Positions 36,550 through 47,352 of a stretch of 64,000 nt of DNA are shown here, piece after piece. The translations under genes were made by a program, and so were the position numbers. How positions within the stretch are numbered: position 1 is the stretch's first letter; each line of letters starts with the position of its first letter. This DNA comes from Flectonema sp. DT1601 (Eukaryota), in assembly GCA_964019425.1 (NCBI GenBank), contig OZ025791.1:744001-808000 (forward strand). Reading direction: 5' to 3'. The notes beneath the pieces were generated by a model, which was not told the DNA's origin, did not search any database, and was given only the letters and a program-made list of their open reading frames with translations.

Positions 36550-37347
36550 ATGACAGAAACTGGTTACTGGGGACCGATCACAGCCAGCGTTGATTGGTGT
36601 GAAGATAATTACGTCTATTCGTATTATGTTGCGGAGTTCTTTAATACCTTATCAAGCTTACCGGTAGCTTTAATGGGATTGTATGCTTATAGAAGGAGTA
36701 AAGGAAGATATGGTCTTCAATACAACCTTGCTTGTATTGGTATGATCATGATAGGTTTGGGAAGCGCTGCTTTTCATGGAACTCTTCTCAGAGGAAGTCA
36801 AATGTTAGATGAAATACCCATGTTGTGGGGAATCTGTGGATTCTGTCTTCTTACCGCGTCTGCCAGGTGTGATGATGCAACGCGAAACAAATGGTTTGTT
36901 GCGGTTTTGTTGTGGGCCGTATTTTGCACGGTTATGTACTTCGCAGCAGGTTTTGTGATGTTCATTGTGTTGTATTCAATAACAGTAGCGACGACTATCT
37001 TGGCATCTTATTATCAATGTGCGAGTTGTACATCCCAACACGCAGTTGTATTAAAAAGATACGCCTTTCTAGCTGCTGGAATTTACTGCTTCGGATTCCT
37101 TTTTTTGTGGATTCCTGAACAGGTTCTCTGTGGTAATAGATTACACACATCTGAGCCAACCATATTACAATCTCTTCATTTTCACGCATTTTTTCACTTG
37201 TGTTCTGCTATTGGTCCATATCTGTTTTTGTGTTTTGCTGCTGTGCTTCATCTCGATCATTTACAACATCGAGTTGAAATCTCTTGGAAGAGGGGACTTG
37301 AAACTCTTTACATTTCATGTCCGGGAGTTGATCCTGCCACTGTGTAG
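36550..37347 (+). CDS. ACER3: Alkaline ceramidase (ACER3/YPC1 family)
   Basis: GYWGPITASVDWCEDNY, AEFFNTLSS, GSAAFHGTL, QMLDEIPM, HAFFH. Confidence 0.95.
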   Translation: MTETGYWGPITASVDWCEDNYVYSYYVAEFFNTLSSLPVALMGLYAYRRSKGRYGLQYNLACIGMIMIGLGSAAFHGTLLRGSQMLDEIPMLWGICGFCLLTASARCDDATRNKWFVAVLLWAVFCTVMYFAAGFVMFIVLYSITVATTILASYYQCASCTSQHAVVLKRYAFLAAGIYCFGFLFLWIPEQVLCGNRLHTSEPTILQSLHFHAFFHLCSAIGPYLFLCFAAVLHLDHLQHRVEISWKRGLETLYISCPGVDPATV

Positions 37348-37925
37348 GTTTAAGAGTAGATTATGTTTTGAACGAACAGAGATCCTCAAATTTGTATTCT
37401 CAAATGGTCTGTCTTGTTAGGAACCACTCGTCTTTAGAATCGTATATTCATGTAGAAAAGAAAAAGGGGGATTGGTGTTGCTTAGCGAGTGGTGTTTATT
37501 TCTTTTATTGTTTTTCTCCCCTTTTCTTGCATAAAATTGTAAGCAGTCTTGTCTGCTTTCTATTCCTGTAATGAGATCATTTCATTTCTTTTAGCTGGTT
37601 GGGATACCTTAGAAAGGTTCATTCAGACTGCTGTGAAAGTGATTAAATTCATCATTGACAAGCAGCTTCAGATTTGTTACAACTTATTATTATTATTATT
37701 AAGTAGAACGACTATTCGCATCCAATCGTTAGTCAGTACTAGTTATTTCTGAGTTTTGGGGACTTGCCCGGAATTTATTTATTTTTCTTTAATTTTTTTT
37801 TTTTTATTAAATCTTATTATTTATTACATGTAAGGTTTCGTCACACAGAGAGGATGTATTTTGAAATAACATTCTTATTTAATATCAGAAAAATGTTAAC
37901 GTTGACACCGACACAATAACAAAAA

Positions 37926-38699
37926 ATGAAATTCAGGCGATCAAAACCAAAGAAGTCTCCCAGCAATGGTATCCTCAACTCAGTAGTTGATATCTACGTC
38001 AGCAAACAGGAGTACAGTTCGCTGGTTGAGTTTGCTTCAAAAACTGCAAAAGCAAAGAGGGAAATGGAAAAACGACTTCAAGAAGAAGGAAGACTTCGGT
38101 TAGAATATAGAAAGGAAGCTTACACATCGGACAGAAGAGCTACAGAGATAGCAATTCGAGAGGTCCGACTACAGCAGTCGTTATTTGATCTTCAGCAAAA
38201 CAGAAAAAAGAAAGAACAACTATTCGTACAAACACTCGACGTTCTTCGAAGCAACTGTAATATAATAACAAATAAAAAGAACGACGAAGAAATCCTACTC
38301 GACGAGCAATACGAAGCCCTGCGGCGTTACAAAGCTGTTCGAAAGTATTTGTCTGGTCTGGGACATCTCAACAAACGTGAAAATCGCCTTCGCTGGGAAA
38401 TAGAAGGAGAGCAGGTAGCTGTTTTTCATATTATTTTAGAACAGTTTGACGCATTAAAAAAGAAACTTACACACAATCAAAGACTTCCAAAGAAAAGATT
38501 AAAAACTCTCTCGTCATCACTAGCAGCATCACAACGACAACAGCTGTTTACCGAAGAGAAGATGGCTCGAAAGCATCTTTTAAAAAGATACGCAATCGAT
38601 AATGATATTCACACAGCTCGTTTACAAGACTTATGTCTAATTGCATCCACAACTCTTCCTGTCTTGCGATACATCACCAAGAGGATTATTATTGATTAG
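37926..38699 (+). CDS. Hypothetical basic coiled-coil protein
   Basis: 257-codon ORF with helical, charged composition. Confidence 0.75.
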   Translation: MKFRRSKPKKSPSNGILNSVVDIYVSKQEYSSLVEFASKTAKAKREMEKRLQEEGRLRLEYRKEAYTSDRRATEIAIREVRLQQSLFDLQQNRKKKEQLFVQTLDVLRSNCNIITNKKNDEEILLDEQYEALRRYKAVRKYLSGLGHLNKRENRLRWEIEGEQVAVFHIILEQFDALKKKLTHNQRLPKKRLKTLSSSLAASQRQQLFTEEKMARKHLLKRYAIDNDIHTARLQDLCLIASTTLPVLRYITKRIIID

Positions 38700-38978
38700 T
38701 AGTAATTGATGTGGAAAGCCCTACAGAGAGATGGCATTTCCATGCTCTCTCTTACTTTTGTTAGATATATTCAACTACACTCAATATGGTTTATTCGTTG
38801 TGAATAGAGGTGGAATTTTTTTTTTTTTAATCAGGTTGGGAAGGTTCTTTAGTACTTTGAGATTGAGCATTTTTTTTAAATCATTTTTTTTTGTTTTTTT
38901 ATACACAAAATCACAAAATAAGTAATTATTTTATCAGGACTTTCCGTTTTCTTTCAAAAAAAAAAAAAACATATCACA

Positions 38979-39166
38979 ATGGGAGGAGCTGATGTAGTCG
39001 CGTTGTTGATTGGATTGATGTTGATCTTTGTCATATTTTTTGCTACCCTCGGATGGTATGTTTTCTACTGTACAGTCTGTGATTAATAGAATATGATTGT
39101 TTTTTTTATTATCTTGAAAATTTTTTTTTAAAAAAATTAAACAGGTACTCTCGTCGTCAAGGATAA
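38979..39166 (+). CDS. 32-aa spliced transmembrane microprotein, SMIM30-like
   Basis: Exon 38979-39055, gtatgt...aaacag intron 39056-39144 and exon 39145-39166 give MGGADVVALLIGLMLIFVIFFATLGWYSRRQG. Confidence 0.75.
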
Positions 39167-39216
39167 TTTGTGTTAGGAAAAATATTGGAGTTGGAGGATT
39201 TATTATTTCTTCAACC

Positions 39217-39251
<35 letters not shown>

Positions 39252-40277
39252 AAGGAAGAATGAGGGAACAATCAAATGGAAGTATCAACCTTTACTACGA
39301 TGCTCTTATCGCCTAAACCCTTTAGGTCTGCCAATGTGGAGCTTGTGAGATTGTGTTTGAGGCTTCTGTTTTTTTTTTTCGTTTTTTTGTTTTTCCTTCT
39401 TTTTTCTTTTTTTTTCCCCGTGTGGCATAAAAATAAAAGTTATTTTTTTTTTCTTTTTTTTTTTCTTTCTTTCTTTCACTTGCTATTGTTGTTGTTTTTT
39501 TTTTTTTTTTTTCCCCCTTCCATTTCCCGTTTTTCTTACCGTTCTAAAATATTTTTTCTATAATGTTAGTGGACAGGAATAAATAAGAAGACCTGTTGAT
39601 AAAGAATTAATAAAGACATTTGTATCCGGGTTGAGTTCCATATCACTGTTGGGAAAAAAACACTTACGACTAAGTCAACGTGTGGTATCAAAAAAATCAG
39701 TCGTTTGTCCTCCTCAAGTAATTCTCCACCTTCACGACCTTATTGCTCTGTTGTTTCGTCCATGATTCTTTTTTTTTTTTTTTTTTTCATATAATTATTA
39801 TTGTTGTTCTTGTTTCCGTGTGGCAAAAAAAAAAAAAAACAAAAAAAACAAAAAAAAAACACAACGAATGTCATAAGTAAGTGTTGTGTTATTTCTTTCT
39901 CAACTCCCACTGATTAAAAGAAACAAAGAAAGAGAAAACGAAGAGCCCCGAGTACTGAAGCTCAATTGGAGAAAAAGAGGAGGATGCGGCTGAAAAAGGA
40001 AAAAAAAAAAAAAAAAGGAAAGATTTTCACACCTTCTCACACTGATCCTCGCAATCTCCACAATTGAGGTAGTGTTGAGAAGGAATTCCTTACTAATAGT
40101 TGACTCCAGTGAGTTATGTCTTTGTGATGTTTATGTAATTTAAATATTATTATGTTTTCTTATTAGTTGTAAGCCACCCGATGTTTGTTCCATTTAAAGA
40201 GTGCCCGAAAACCAAAACTATTGAATATTTATTGGTAGTCCATCATCTCCCCTTAACCTTCTCTCATACAGGATTAA

Positions 40278-41003
40278 ATGTCCAGCGATTATGATGAATT
40301 CCAATCTGTTGTTGGATCAACATCGGGAGTCTTTCACACTGTGAGCAGTTCTTCAACAGATGCTGCAGTCTGTTTATTCACGTCTAATAAAGAAAGAGGG
40401 ATAATGACTTTATGCTACACTGATATGAATAAAGAATATTACGCATTGGAACTTGGTTATGAAAAACTTAGAAAGAAGAGAGACAGACAAAGGGACCGAA
40501 GCAAACAACCTGATGGCAATGAGAAATACTGGCAGTGGAAAGAATGGATTCCAATGTTGGGATCTTTTATTACAAATGATGAATACACAACAGTTTGGAG
40601 GGGTGCAGGTGAAGATGGTGTTGAGAAGATATCACTAACGATGAATGTTAATTCTAACTCTTCTCTTACGTTTGAATTATCGCAGTTTGAAGACAACATG
40701 TTATGTTCGTTACGAGCGGCTATTAATTTTTCGATGCTTCGTCAGATGGAACAGTCTAAATCAAAACTTTTGTCTACTACGAAAACTTGTACACAACTGT
40801 CTCGTGAATTAGAATCACAACGATCAATGGTAACATCACTGAGACAGTCATTAGAAACTTTCACATCTGGTGGAATTGGAATTGAAGCACATCAACGTGA
40901 TGATGATAATCAAAGAAGAACTTCAGCAAAGAGAAAACCTCAATCTCTTGTCAACCCCTCTGAGAAAGTTAGAAAACCACGAGGAACCAGAATTCGTAGC
41001 TAA
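40278..41003 (+). CDS. PAXX: PAXX/XRCC4-superfamily NHEJ accessory factor-like protein
   Basis: Head domain with LCYTD motif, a short coiled coil, and C-terminal KRKPQSLVNPSEKVRKPRG resembling the PAXX Ku-binding motif (SLINPGFKSKKPAGG). Confidence 0.65.
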   Translation: MSSDYDEFQSVVGSTSGVFHTVSSSSTDAAVCLFTSNKERGIMTLCYTDMNKEYYALELGYEKLRKKRDRQRDRSKQPDGNEKYWQWKEWIPMLGSFITNDEYTTVWRGAGEDGVEKISLTMNVNSNSSLTFELSQFEDNMLCSLRAAINFSMLRQMEQSKSKLLSTTKTCTQLSRELESQRSMVTSLRQSLETFTSGGIGIEAHQRDDDNQRRTSAKRKPQSLVNPSEKVRKPRGTRIRS

Positions 41004-41266
41004 CCAACTCTACGCTACTTCTGAACTGTTGTTGTATTTATGATAATGATTTGTAAGGGTTTATTAACCTCTCTACAGACTTTATAGGTTGTTGGGTATT
41101 ATTTATTGTGTATTCTTATTTCAGGTATCTCATAAAGTATGTGTCTGTGTCACTATGAGTTGAACCACGGAATACACTTCTTGTACTGTGTACGGCATTA
41201 AGACTGGTGGGTTATTGTTCTCTTTCAATGCTGGTTTTATAAATAACTATTTTCTGTACTGCAGGT

Positions 41267-41893
41267 ATGAGTTATCTGCCACAAGTTGGAATCCGACAAG
41301 AGGAACATGCATGGAGGAGATGCGGTGCTGCCCTGACCGCCTATTGTGAAGTAAAGTCAGTTCCCGTATCAATGCCAACTGAACAACAAGTAAAGATTAC
41401 TCCTTGTGAAGGCCTGCTTCCATCTATTTTGAGAGACGGCGTGTACTGGGAAACAGTTTGTCAGCTAAAAAGAAAAACAGCCAACAAAAGGAAGAATAAA
41501 AAACGAGTAGGGAACTCTCACTATCGAATTGACCAACAACTAAAGAAGTTGTGGACTATCAGATCAGAACAAAAAAGAGACAACCACTTTTCTATAAATG
41601 ATCCAGTGGCAGAAATAGTTGGAAAAGGCGGAAATCCGACATACCAAAGTAGCATAAAAAGACTTGTGCATACGACCCGTGATAAGAGTCCTCCACGACA
41701 ACCGAAATCATTACTACGAGCGCCTTCGGGGGTCAATGGTCGTGTTTGCCCTTTGATCCGAAACAGGAAACTAATGTCGATGGAGTTTTCTTCCTTGAGA
41801 TACAGTAAACAAAATGCTCTATTTCCCACAGATGAGTCAGCACTTGTTGATGAGAGTGAACAACACCCACACGTAAAGGTTCGAGTAGCTTAG
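41267..41893 (+). CDS. Hypothetical basic protein
   Basis: 208-codon ORF preceded by a gcag acceptor. Confidence 0.65.
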   Translation: MSYLPQVGIRQEEHAWRRCGAALTAYCEVKSVPVSMPTEQQVKITPCEGLLPSILRDGVYWETVCQLKRKTANKRKNKKRVGNSHYRIDQQLKKLWTIRSEQKRDNHFSINDPVAEIVGKGGNPTYQSSIKRLVHTTRDKSPPRQPKSLLRAPSGVNGRVCPLIRNRKLMSMEFSSLRYSKQNALFPTDESALVDESEQHPHVKVRVA

Positions 41894-42127
41894 AACAATT
41901 TCTTTACAGGGATTGTTATTATATCTTTCCCCTCTTCCGATAATTATCCAACAGGTTACTTCGATGCGGCCATTGTTTTTGTTCCTTACAAATTGAATTG
42001 TCTGTTTTGTGGAAAACTCTTTATTAATTATTCAGCGTTATGCAGTCATATGTAGTGTGATTGGGTTAGCATGAATTTCCCTTTTTGTTTTTTTTATAAA
42101 AATAAATTATACTCTTTCTATAGAACA

Positions 42128-44617
42128 ATGACTGATAATATGCGAATCCTCCTCACGTTGCCAGCAACTTTGCTGGGAATGGTCCCCATTGTGTTGTATG
42201 TTCGAGTGTCTAATGTATTACTTCAAAGAGTTTTTTACTTTTTGTTATTCGTCGTACCGTTGTGGTATTGTCACGGTGCTATAAAAATTGAACGAGTTTC
42301 ACCTGCTAAGTTATGTCAACTGGCTTTTAAATTACCATTGATACCGTTGACTATGGCGTTGTGTTTTGCAGTGTCTGTAAATGTATTTCACTTTACAACT
42401 GAACCAATGCTGAGGGAGATTAGAATGTCTGAATACGTTGGCGCAACAGAATTGTGTCAATTAGGAGCAAAGTTCTTGACTCTTATGTTCGCAACGATGC
42501 CGATCCTTTATGTCTTGGATGTGATGCATAAAGTTATTAGAGATTCTATACATGAGTTCGACTGGAGTAGTCCAGAAGATCACAATAATGCTCAAGAAGA
42601 ACGAATTGAAGTTTATTCACAACACTTACTAAGACAATTATTAGGAGGTAAGAATAGGTATTTGAGGGCAACAGTTATTTTCGCTGTTGCTCTGGTATCG
42701 TCGTTACCGATGATTGCATTTTTAGAATTCAGCGGTGATTTCTATGAGCGAACCCTAGCTGTGAGCAGCTGTATTAACAGCGCACTGCGAGCAGCTATTC
42801 TAACTTGGTACACATGTACACCAACTGCCAGTGACGAAAACGATGATGAACTTACTAAATCGATCACTACGGCGATGTACTCGAGGAGGAGTTCAACAAT
42901 ATTCTTAACATTATTGACAGCAGTTTTAGTGACTTGGAGGACTGGTTTGGAACTCGGATTCGAAAGTGGTAAAGTATTTGTTGCAGACTTTCTAGGTGGT
43001 GGATCCTTACTCTGTTTTACTGAACTAGTTGAGTTCACGTTATTGTATTCGATACCTCATACAATGATTCAAAGAAATCAACATACCTTCGTTGAAAAAA
43101 CAAGCATTGACTGGATGAAGTATTTAGTTCTGGTTACGATTACGTCTTTTTTGATGGTTTTTTCTTCTACAACTCGTTTTGGACCGTTGATAGCTGTAGT
43201 GATATGTAGCATTGCATGCATGTTATTATTGACATTTAATGTAAAAAACAGTTCTTTGAAGGCACTTTTATTAGTCATCCCATTAGTGCTGGTCGAGGAG
43301 TCGTCGTTATTCACCAGATTATTACTCGCCGTTGTAATCATATCATCAACTTATATATTTAGACTTTATATTGGTATTCGAAGCGTAGATCACCTAGAAC
43401 CCTGTGGAAGACGTCATTACGGTCCTCTTAATGATATGTTGCTTGCAGTCAGGGGACCCATGGCATTAGTGATGTTGTGTTTCTTTTTATTCGCTCTGAT
43501 CGCTTGTCTTCAAGAAACAGGAATGTTTGGTGGATTTGGAAAGGCACAGGCGTATTTTGATCAAGACACTTTCACTGATATGTTTGATGAAGAAGTAGCA
43601 TCTGCTCCTGTAAGTCGACTTGCTTTCTGTGGTCCTAAACAGAAGATTCAATACGCTCTAGCTGAAGGTGAAGACTGCTATGCTGTTTGTGATCGAAGAT
43701 GGTTTGGTCTCGACATTATGGATTTAACACTCGCTGCTTCAATGGCATATGTGAATGTTTCTAATGGTGATAAAGTAACGGATATCTTAACCGATCAAAG
43801 TAGTAGAAATCCTCACACAGATGGAATCGCTGACTGGGTAATACGACACAATAATGTGAACACAGCTGATTGGGTTGCTTTTCTTGATATTTACAGTCCA
43901 AGTAGGAATCTTTCAATTATTGCAGTCAGAGGATCAGCTCCTCGTGCTATTGATTGGCTTGAAGACCTTTCACTGTTTGGTGAGATTACAATATTCTCAA
44001 TGATTTCTGGACTGGTTCCGGGATTGTCTTTCTGGCCAGTTGGATTCTTCGAATCATTCTTTAATGCTTTCCAAACATTCTTTGCTAAAGTATTTGGAAA
44101 CAAACCGATGTTCTACACACCAGTAGTGAAGTACACATATGAGACTCAGGATTCAAAACCTAGAAACATGGTCTTTACTGGTCACAGTCTTGGAGGTGCA
44201 GTTGCAAAGATTGCAGGTACTCTGACTGGTTATCAGAGTGTTGGAATCTCATCACCTGGTGTGTACTCATCAAGAAAGAAGTTTATGTATGGAAAGAATT
44301 CTCTTCGGTCTTATGATCTTAGGAGATTAGTAACAAACATCGTAAGCGAGGGTGACTATGTTCCAGCAGTTGGTAAACTGGGAGGAACAACAACAGAATT
44401 ATACTGCGGACAGGGTCCTCAATGCCATTCTATTTGGATAACAATCTGTGAACTTTATAACAAATGTCCTAATGGAGCATCTGGTAATCAACTTGTTGGA
44501 AGTTTTCGTAGCATTGCATGCGATCTGACTGTTGAGGCTGAGGCGTTCACTGAGTTTAAACCGACATTTAAAAAGACCTGTAAGAAAGTAAAAAATATTG
44601 TAAGTGCTACGAGGTGA
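42128..44617 (+). CDS. Multi-pass membrane protein with C-terminal class 3 lipase domain
   Basis: Many TM segments, then IIAVRGS, DWLED, VFTGHSLGGAVA (GxSxG), GDYVP and CHS. Confidence 0.92.
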   Translation: MTDNMRILLTLPATLLGMVPIVLYVRVSNVLLQRVFYFLLFVVPLWYCHGAIKIERVSPAKLCQLAFKLPLIPLTMALCFAVSVNVFHFTTEPMLREIRMSEYVGATELCQLGAKFLTLMFATMPILYVLDVMHKVIRDSIHEFDWSSPEDHNNAQEERIEVYSQHLLRQLLGGKNRYLRATVIFAVALVSSLPMIAFLEFSGDFYERTLAVSSCINSALRAAILTWYTCTPTASDENDDELTKSITTAMYSRRSSTIFLTLLTAVLVTWRTGLELGFESGKVFVADFLGGGSLLCFTELVEFTLLYSIPHTMIQRNQHTFVEKTSIDWMKYLVLVTITSFLMVFSSTTRFGPLIAVVICSIACMLLLTFNVKNSSLKALLLVIPLVLVEESSLFTRLLLAVVIISSTYIFRLYIGIRSVDHLEPCGRRHYGPLNDMLLAVRGPMALVMLCFFLFALIACLQETGMFGGFGKAQAYFDQDTFTDMFDEEVASAPVSRLAFCGPKQKIQYALAEGEDCYAVCDRRWFGLDIMDLTLAASMAYVNVSNGDKVTDILTDQSSRNPHTDGIADWVIRHNNVNTADWVAFLDIYSPSRNLSIIAVRGSAPRAIDWLEDLSLFGEITIFSMISGLVPGLSFWPVGFFESFFNAFQTFFAKVFGNKPMFYTPVVKYTYETQDSKPRNMVFTGHSLGGAVAKIAGTLTGYQSVGISSPGVYSSRKKFMYGKNSLRSYDLRRLVTNIVSEGDYVPAVGKLGGTTTELYCGQGPQCHSIWITICELYNKCPNGASGNQLVGSFRSIACDLTVEAEAFTEFKPTFKKTCKKVKNIVSATR

Positions 44618-45402
44618 GGGAAAGAAAAAAAAAAAAGCAACCCACTCGCCCTTCCCTACCCAGCCCTCTCCCATTCGTTGGGGAAATCACAAAAGCTTAA
44701 GCGAGTGTCGTAGTCGTCTGTGAAAACCAGCTTCGAGGAGGATTTCTGTGGCTTCGTCTCATTCAATAAACGAAGTGAGCTCCGCCACAACTTACTAACG
44801 AATGGATGTACCCACAACGAGACAAGGCCAGAGTTGTGGAACACTGAGGGAACAAAAAGCAAAGCCCATCACCCAAGAAGGTATTGATTATACCTTACTT
44901 GACGTTAGGCTTGACCAGCCCCCGTTTTTATTATTTTATTTTTTATATAATATATTCTAACTCAGCGAACGATGTTTGGGACATGCAAAAAAAAAAAAAA
45001 AAAAAAAAAGGTCAGTCAAGGGGACCGGAACCAAAGGAAAAAAAAGAAAAGAAAAAAAAAATCGCTATTTATTTGTCTTCTTTACACGAAGTTCTCCGTG
45101 TCGAAAGCAGACAAAAAAATATAACAAACTTTTGATCAGGACAACCTGATTTTCGTGATGATGATTAGTTAGCATTGCGTTGCTTTTTATTTATTGTTTT
45201 CCAGATTCTCTCGGATAACTTTCTGCACAGGAGTCCTGTTGATTACCGCGTGAGTTGTAGTTATGATGGAGCAAGTGGCGTAAGGGGGATTATTTTCGGT
45301 AACTAAGAAAAACCATGTTAGTTGACCCTTTTCTTATTGTTATTTCTTATTGTTGTTATTTCTTTTGAACTAAGACAGCCAAAAAAAAAAAAAAAAATTA
45401 AG

Positions 45403-47040
45403 ATGAATGGTTTCAGTACTTTTGGCATGTTGTGTGACTATGGAGCTGTTGGAGAGAATGAGAGTCAGGGAACACAATCTGATTCGGACACAGATCCTCC
45501 GAATTCGAATGAAGTCGGAGCGGATCCGTCAGCACTGCTAGCGATCTCACCACCAGGGCTGAGGAGATGTTCACTCAGCAGTAATGCTATTGGAACTGGA
45601 CATAAAGAAGAACCTTCAGATCCAAAACCAGCTGATCCACATCTTCGACCACTACGATCATGGCCAGTTATACTTCTGAGTAGACGTGATGAGGAGGCAA
45701 AGGAAGATTCTGCACTAGTCAGCCCACATGAGTCAGAGACTAAAGTCCCTTCAGTCTCTGTAACATCTGAAGTAACACCATCAGAAGAAACACTCTTATA
45801 CATTGATAGAATACCAGCTGATGCTTCAGGTGGTATGTTAATCGAAGCAATTAAAGCAACTGTTGGAGATATCGTTACCGGAAGTTTAGATGTAATTAGA
45901 AAACACAAAACACGGCACTGCCATGCCTTCGCAGTTCTCAAAGGAAGTTGGAACCTCGATGCTAAAGCATCAGTTCCTCTTCAGTTGTCCGACGGTGAAG
46001 AAGCCAGATTGTCAGTTTCTGACTTGACGATCCGATCAAAGGCACCCACAGAAACAGTAGTCCCAAGGACTACTCTTCGTCTTAGAGTTTATGCTCAACG
46101 AAGGGAGTGGCTCGAACCAGCTTCTAGATTAACCTGGGCTGGTGTATTGTGTATCTTAAAGGATATAACTCCACACTGGGTTAACATTAAAATGCTTGCA
46201 GACGATATGAAAAAGAAGAAACCAGGTGCTTGGGCTCATCAATCGGTTCTACTTGGCGCTTATTTCATCGACTGTGGATCTGCAGAAGCAGCTCAACTCG
46301 TAAAGGAAGCAGTTCATGATAAGAGAGCTTGTCTATCTGGAGTGTATTTCTTAGTAGAAGCTCAATACACTGTAGAAGATAAGCATCTTCATGAGAAGGG
46401 AAAGCAGACAGCTGCGGAGAGGAAATTGGCAGCGGCGACTCAGAGGGCAAATGATGGAGGGGCTGTTGATGATTTAGTAATAAAAAAGAAAAAGAATAGA
46501 TCTCGATCACCTTCCTTAGAACCACCTTTAACACCTGGAACACCAGCTACTGGTGTTAGTTTAGATACAAATACACCGAGAAGTCCAAGTAGTACTTTAC
46601 TCTCTTCGTTGGGTGTAACAAATTCTTCAAGTAGACTTCAAGTGACGAATACTTGTTCATCAGGTCATCTAGTTGGGAGTCAAAGTTCGCAGCAGCAAAG
46701 TCCGACACAGCAGCAATTGCAATCTCCTCAACTTCAGCCACAGCAACCCGTCTCTCCTTTGTTACAACCTCAGTCTCAATTACCGCCCCAGCAGTCTCAG
46801 CAATCCCAACACATTCAGCCTCAACAGCAGAATACTTCCCACTACGTTGTTCGTACTATCCTTTCTGTGTCGTTGGAAGAAACGTTACAGAAGTATCCTT
46901 ATTTTAGGTCTTTGTTCTTGTCGGAGTTTTCTGATGATGCTCGAAAGCGGTATCAGGAGGCCTGGTCTCCTCACATTACAACTCTTTATGAAAGAGTGAC
47001 CATGCTTTTTGCTGGAGGGTTCTTCTCTATTCCTGACCAA

Positions 47041-47138
<98 letters not shown>

Positions 47139-47352
47139 ACTTCAACAGCAACAGCAGCAACAACTTCAGCAGCAGCAACTTCATCAATCACATTCTCACG
47201 TGTTGCCTCTTCAGCAGCAACAGCAGCAACTTTCACACGCTCAGAGTGTGTCGTCATCTCCTTACACGATTGTGACCACTGATCCGGCTAATCAGTGGGT
47301 CTTTCCGTTATCTGGATCAGTTCCTAATCTGCACAACAATCGCTCAAACTAA
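45403..47352 (+). CDS. Hypothetical protein with RRM-like segments and a polyglutamine tract
   Basis: LLYIDRIP...HAFAVL is RNP2/RNP1-like. CAG/CAA tract at ~47038-47178. Confidence 0.8.
47038..47178 (+). repeat. Coding (CAA/CAG)n polyQ microsatellite
   Basis: Directly visible, more than 30 consecutive Gln codons. Confidence 0.95.

Noticed and set aside
46885..47275. Poly-L, poly-SN and poly-AV ORFs
   Set aside because: Alternative frames of the polyQ tract.
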